Shown here: piece by piece, positions 6,777-10,206 of the stretch
Position numbering within the stretch: position 1 is the first letter of the stretch
Layout: every line of letters begins with the position of its first letter
From: Thermoproteota archaeon
Lineage (GTDB): Archaea > Thermoproteota > EX4484-205 > JAAOZP01
Length of the DNA stretch: 10,206 nucleotides
NCBI GenBank assembly: GCA_049700215.1
Contig: JBNAVT010000048.1
Span: 1-10,206, forward strand
Reading direction: 5' to 3'
The notes under the pieces: model-generated
What the model was told of the DNA's origin: nothing
What the model saw: only the letters and a program-made list of their open reading frames with translations
Databases searched by the model: none
Position numbers and translations under genes: made by a program

Positions 6777-7805
6777 TCACTTGTTCCTGTAAACAACGTA
6801 GTCGGCAAGCTCGAACAAGAGCCTCTTAGCCCTTGAATCCGGGAGAACGCTGAGCATTGACTTAGCCTTCTCCGAGAAAAGCCAGGCTTCCCTCACAGCA
6901 TTCTCCCTCACACCCGTCCTAGCCAGGATGCTTAAAGCCTCGTCTAAATCCTCCTGGGAAACCTGTTTACTCCTTAAAACACTCAGGAAAAACCTTTTGC
7001 TCTCACCATCCATCCTCTCAAGCCCCCGGAGTATCAGCATGTTCCCAAGCTTATGCTCCAAAACGTCTTTCCCAACCTGCTTACCTGTTTCAGAGGCCGA
7101 GCCGAACAAGTCTAGAAGATCGTCTACAATCTGGAAGGAGACGCCCAGGTTTAAGCCGAACACCCTAAACGCTTCAACAACCGTGTCGCCAGCACCGGCT
7201 TCCACAGCACCCATCATCGCACTCGCCTCGTAGAGGGAAGAAGTCTTTCGGACAACCATGTCAACATAGTCGTCGAAGCTCACGTTCAGCCTCCTGTGCT
7301 CAGCAACATACGGGTCGTCCTCCCTCCCAACCTGTTCGAAGAGAACATCCAGACGCTCACCCTCGACAAGCCTCATAACGTAATGGTCAACAATGGAGAG
7401 AAGCCTGCCAGCATTCCTAGACCTAAGCAAGAGCTCTGAAACAACCTCCCTGTACTGGACAGCGGCGAGAAGAGCCATTGTTAAACCATATTTTTTCCAG
7501 AGGGTTGGCCTACTCCTCCTGACTTCACCGTGGTCTATGATATCGTCTATTATCAGGGTATAGTTGTGGATGAGCTCTATGGCTGCTGCAGCGTTCAAAG
7601 CATTCTCAGGATTCCCGCCGGCGGCTTCGCAGGAGAGCATCAATACTGCCGGCCTAATTCTCTTGCCGCCCGCTTTAACAGGGTAAAGCAATACTTCTTG
7701 AAACTCTGGTGAAGCGTTCTCCGAAAGCGCGTCGTAAATCACTGGTTCAACACTCCTAGCTATTTCGTCAAGCACTTCCGCGAGATCCTGATCCTCTCTC
7801 AACAT
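6777..7805 (-). CDS. trans-prenyl diphosphate synthase (GGPP/GFPP synthase; resembles the Aeropyrum geranylfarnesyl-PP synthase clade)
   Basis: GGKRIRP, FARM YTLIIDDIID....RR, KT, SARM FQIVDDLLD and GKQVGKD motifs. Operonic with ipk. Confidence 0.92.
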   Translation of the reverse strand: MLREDQDLAEVLDEIARSVEPVIYDALSENASPEFQEVLLYPVKAGGKRIRPAVLMLSCEAAGGNPENALNAAAAIELIHNYTLIIDDIIDHGEVRRSRPTLWKKYGLTMALLAAVQYREVVSELLLRSRNAGRLLSIVDHYVMRLVEGERLDVLFEQVGREDDPYVAEHRRLNVSFDDYVDMVVRKTSSLYEASAMMGAVEAGAGDTVVEAFRVFGLNLGVSFQIVDDLLDLFGSASETGKQVGKDVLEHKLGNMLILRGLERMDGESKRFFLSVLRSKQVSQEDLDEALSILARTGVRENAVREAWLFSEKAKSMLSVLPDSRAKRLLFELADYVVYRNK

Positions 7806-7825
7806 GCAGACTTATCCCCGGCACG

Positions 7826-7840
7826 TATATAAAACTCTTA
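7826..7840 (-). promoter_or_regulatory. BRE-TATA promoter of the prenyltransferase-ipk operon
   Basis: Minus strand TAAGAG-TTTTATATA, TATA box about 21-29 nt upstream of ATG 7805. Confidence 0.6.
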
Positions 7841-8040
7841 ACCAGCTAAGCTTTTATTCCCGGCTCAATTGCTGATGAATAGCACACGCTCTCCTGGGGA
7901 TGTAAGCAGAATAATAAATAAGGTTTCAAATTAAAAAGGTTGATACCATTAAAACATGGTGAGAGGAAGCCTCGAATTTGGACTTGAATAGTGCACGCTA
8001 AAAGGATGTTGTAAAGGTGCTTGGGAAAAGAATTTGTTTT

Positions 8041-8709
8041 TCACGTCTTGCGCCTGCGTTGCTTCTCGACGGTCAGACCGATGCTAACTAAGTATTCATT
8101 CATCATCTCTTCGTTTTCAAACATCTTCGCGGCCTCAAACATTCCCTCGGCCCTTCTGAGGATCTCGCTAATCTTCAGCTCCTCATTCATCCTCTTGGAG
8201 TCAAAGGTTGTAAAGAAGCCGGATTCGGTATCTATCTCAAATCTAACTTCAAAGCCGTACTTATTACCTATTCTCCTAGCTATCTCATCTCCCCACATGT
8301 GTTTCCTCGTATAATAGGAAATAATACCTTTAGCGTTTAGATATTTCTCGAATTCCCTCTGCTTGAAATCCTTAACTATCATCTCAGCTTCCTCAATCCC
8401 CCTTTGCCAAATCATCCTCTTCTCCTTTTCCGTCTTTGCTGCCCTTTCTTTGTACCTATATTTCTTGGGATAGAGATAGAACTCTAATATTTCAGACCTG
8501 GTGCGCTCTGGGCTCGTCACGAATTTAACCCTTCCATCCTCATGCTCTTCGATGTAGACACTGAGGGCACGGGGATACCAAAGCATTATCCTCCACTTCC
8601 AATGATATGCAAAAGGCATGTCCAAACTAATGAATCTGGGCTCGAGCTTTAGTCTCTCCATCAGCAGGTTCCTCAACTTCTCAGCCGTGCTCAATTTCTC
8701 ATCCCCCAA
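8041..8709 (-). CDS. hypothetical soluble protein, candidate immunity protein
   Basis: 222-aa open frame rich in K/E/R and aromatic residues, with no transmembrane segment or signal peptide. Low GC. Coupled to the upstream stop. True start may be TTG 8694, after the SD-like GGGGGATGA. The immunity role is inferred from position only. Confidence 0.7.
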   Translation of the reverse strand: MGDEKLSTAEKLRNLLMERLKLEPRFISLDMPFAYHWKWRIMLWYPRALSVYIEEHEDGRVKFVTSPERTRSEILEFYLYPKKYRYKERAAKTEKEKRMIWQRGIEEAEMIVKDFKQREFEKYLNAKGIISYYTRKHMWGDEIARRIGNKYGFEVRFEIDTESGFFTTFDSKRMNEELKISEILRRAEGMFEAAKMFENEEMMNEYLVSIGLTVEKQRRRKT

Positions 8710-9049
8710 GTCCGAGCTCAGACCTCGTATATGCTTCTATCTTTATCTCTATGCGCTCGCTCGGCCACCCGGCGAGAACATCCACGGGTTTATACCGGAA
8801 TCCTATCGCTATGCCGTACTGAACATTTTTATAATCATCAAGTTGCATGTGATTCTTAAGGTCTTTTATTGCTTCACCCAATAGATCTTCCAAGCTTTTG
8901 TTTTTTTCTTTAAGCATCGTTGACCCTATCTCTATTACCGCAATATCCTCGCCCTTCTTAAACACCACTCTGTCACCCACTACAATATCCTTTACTGCAG
9001 AGATCACACCATCAACTTCCCCAGTTCCACTAATGTGCTTGAATTCCAC
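8699..9049 (-). CDS. PD-(D/E)xK restriction-endonuclease-like domain, candidate toxin tip (probably an N-truncated or frameshifted fragment)
   Basis: GEVDGVI (PD-like strand), IAVIEIGST (ExK-like, K replaced by G), helix LGEAIKDLKNH, then strands YGIAIGF and IKIEAY. The frame is open only up to 9055 (in-frame TAG at 9058-9056). Confidence 0.5.
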   Translation of the reverse strand: MEFKHISGTGEVDGVISAVKDIVVGDRVVFKKGEDIAVIEIGSTMLKEKNKSLEDLLGEAIKDLKNHMQLDDYKNVQYGIAIGFRYKPVDVLAGWPSERIEIKIEAYTRSELGLGG

Positions 9050-9050
9050 C

Positions 9051-10206
9051 TTATCCTACCCTGAGACCCGCCACCGGGCTATTATCGTGGGCCCAGAAGG
9101 CCCTAATGTTGACGTTTCCGCTGCTCCTCTCCGCGGAGATTTTAATGTGGGTGAAGACCAGGGTCAGCTTGGGCAGCATGGTTGCAAGCTCAATCTCATC
9201 GTTTCTATTCTTGGAGGAGAATCCAACTTTTCTAGAGACGTTCAATTCTTGGAAAGCCTTCACCGTGGCATAGCCGGTTTCAACACCACCCCTAATCCTC
9301 TCCGTTACCCAGCCGCTTGAAGTATAGTAGCTTATGGTCTGGTTGAACGTTATTTTTGAGCCGCTGTTAGTCCACATCTCCGAGCCTATGAGCGTTCCTC
9401 CAACAACCCTAGTGTCCCTTTTAATCTCTGTGACGAGGTATCTGGCTGAGGTGAACCCAACCTCGTCGCCATTGCTAATCGCGACAGCGATCCTGCGAAC
9501 CCCAGATTCCCCGGAGCCCTCGTCGTAAGCAGAATCTATGGCGTAGCCCTCGCCGACACTGACAGATGGAACATGCTCGCCCACTTTAATCACGACCGGG
9601 CTTGTGAAAACCCAGCAGTCCCTGTTAACACCTTTGAGAACTGCTCTCTGAACGCTTCCGGGCACTCCACAACCTTTTTTCTCAATGCCTTTCCATACTG
9701 TCCTCCAGCTCATGTTCCTAACCCCACTGACCTGGGGGAGCCTGAACACTAAGGTATGTGTCGCATCCCCGTCCAAGGCTGCTTCAGCTGTGTGGGATTC
9801 CGCGTTTATCGCCCCGCCTCCCTCGAGCCTTATGTCTATCGCAGCATACCCTATGGTGAACGTGTCGCTCGTCGTCCTGTTAGTCCATACGGAGGCGTGG
9901 ATTAAAAGCTTAACCTCATGCGTCCCAGGACCTAGGGTCGCAGCCCTTGAATAGCAGCTTGGCCACCAGTAGCCCGTGAGCTCGTAGACCTTAACATTGT
10001 CGACATAAACCCTAAGATACTTGTTGAAGACACGCCAGCAGTTATCGTAGGGGGGAGTCTGGGGATTACGGTCGTCACCACAAACGTAAACCCCTGCGGA
10101 AACGCCATCGGGTATCGTAACGGTTGCGATGCACTCCTTCCAATCGCTGTAGGTGCCGGGGCCACTCGTAGGGATGCTGAGGTATCCTGTCCCGCCGTAC
10201 CATGCT
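9051..10206 (-). CDS. large beta-rich, probably extracellular or surface protein, C-terminal part (runs off the right edge)
   Basis: The frame of the track ORF 9051..9776 stays open to 10205 (384 codons; added part AWYGGTGYLSIPTSGPGTYSDWKECIATVTIPDGVSAGVYVCGDD...YLRVYVDNVKVYELTGYWWPSCYSRAATLGPGTHEVKLLIH...). Rich in T/S/G/V/W/Y with 6 Cys. YVD...LGPGTHEVKL is typical of beta-sandwich domains. Confidence 0.75.
   Translation of the reverse strand, partial: AWYGGTGYLSIPTSGPGTYSDWKECIATVTIPDGVSAGVYVCGDDRNPQTPPYDNCWRVFNKYLRVYVDNVKVYELTGYWWPSCYSRAATLGPGTHEVKLLIHASVWTNRTTSDTFTIGYAAIDIRLEGGGAINAESHTAEAALDGDATHTLVFRLPQVSGVRNMSWRTVWKGIEKKGCGVPGSVQRAVLKGVNRDCWVFTSPVVIKVGEHVPSVSVGEGYAIDSAYDEGSGESGVRRIAVAISNGDEVGFTSARYLVTEIKRDTRVVGGTLIGSEMWTNSGSKITFNQTISYYTSSGWVTERIRGGVETGYATVKAFQELNVSRKVGFSSKNRNDEIELATMLPKLTLVFTHIKISAERSSGNVNIRAFWAHDNSPVAGLRVG

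Noticed and set aside
337-7712. Overlapping alternative ORFs (337-699, 733-921, 1253-1555, 2014-2430, 2529-2771, 3080-3271, 3156-3362, 3702-4061, 4682-4936, 4947-5150, 5377-5865, 5633-5821, 6352-6570, 6928-7233, 7530-7712)
   Set aside because: All lie largely antisense to better-supported genes, most have Ser/Leu/Pro-rich shadow composition, and none shows recognisable motifs.
7873-7930. Box C-like TGATGA in the intergenic spacer
   Set aside because: No downstream CTGA box D at a suitable distance.
9774-9776. TTG start assigned by the ORF track to the 241-aa protein
   Set aside because: The frame has no stop between 9776 and the window edge, so this is an internal Leu of a larger protein.
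8021-10165. + strand ORFs 8021-8314, 8618-8884, 8898-9320, 9334-9528, 9685-9954 and minus-strand ORF 9932-10165
   Set aside because: Shadows of the minus-strand module. 9932-10165 is an alternative frame inside the long open frame 9051-10205.
1-10206. CRISPR array, tRNA/rRNA gene, transposase or integrase
   Set aside because: No regularly spaced repeats, cloverleaf structure or recombinase motifs were seen. The GIY-YIG gene is the DUF123 cellular type and shows no intron or intein context.

Overview
Archaeal chromosomal DNA, most consistent with a TACK-type thermophile (crenarchaeal-type single-OB SSB, BRE/TATA promoters with mostly leaderless starts, isopentenyl phosphate kinase); the exact lineage cannot be fixed from this window. 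1-7805 is housekeeping and metabolic: a partial hypothetical gene, an alkaline-phosphatase-superfamily phosphodiesterase, SSB, two tandem stand-alone Lrp/AsnC ligand-binding (RAM) proteins, a HAD phosphatase, a divergent myo-inositol-1-phosphate synthase homolog, a small hypothetical, a DUF123/GIY-YIG nuclease, a membrane-anchored ArsR-like regulator, and an isoprenoid operon (prenyl diphosphate synthase resembling the Aeropyrum C25 enzyme, plus IPK). 8041-10206 is an accessory minus-strand module. A large beta-rich, probably extracellular protein (open frame runs off the window) stops one base out of frame from a low-GC PD-(D/E)xK-like domain, and that domain is followed by a coupled, charged, soluble protein. 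This looks like an archaeal polymorphic toxin/immunity locus with a disrupted stalk-toxin junction and is the best candidate for an undescribed system. All family calls come from reading motifs by eye; no searches were run.
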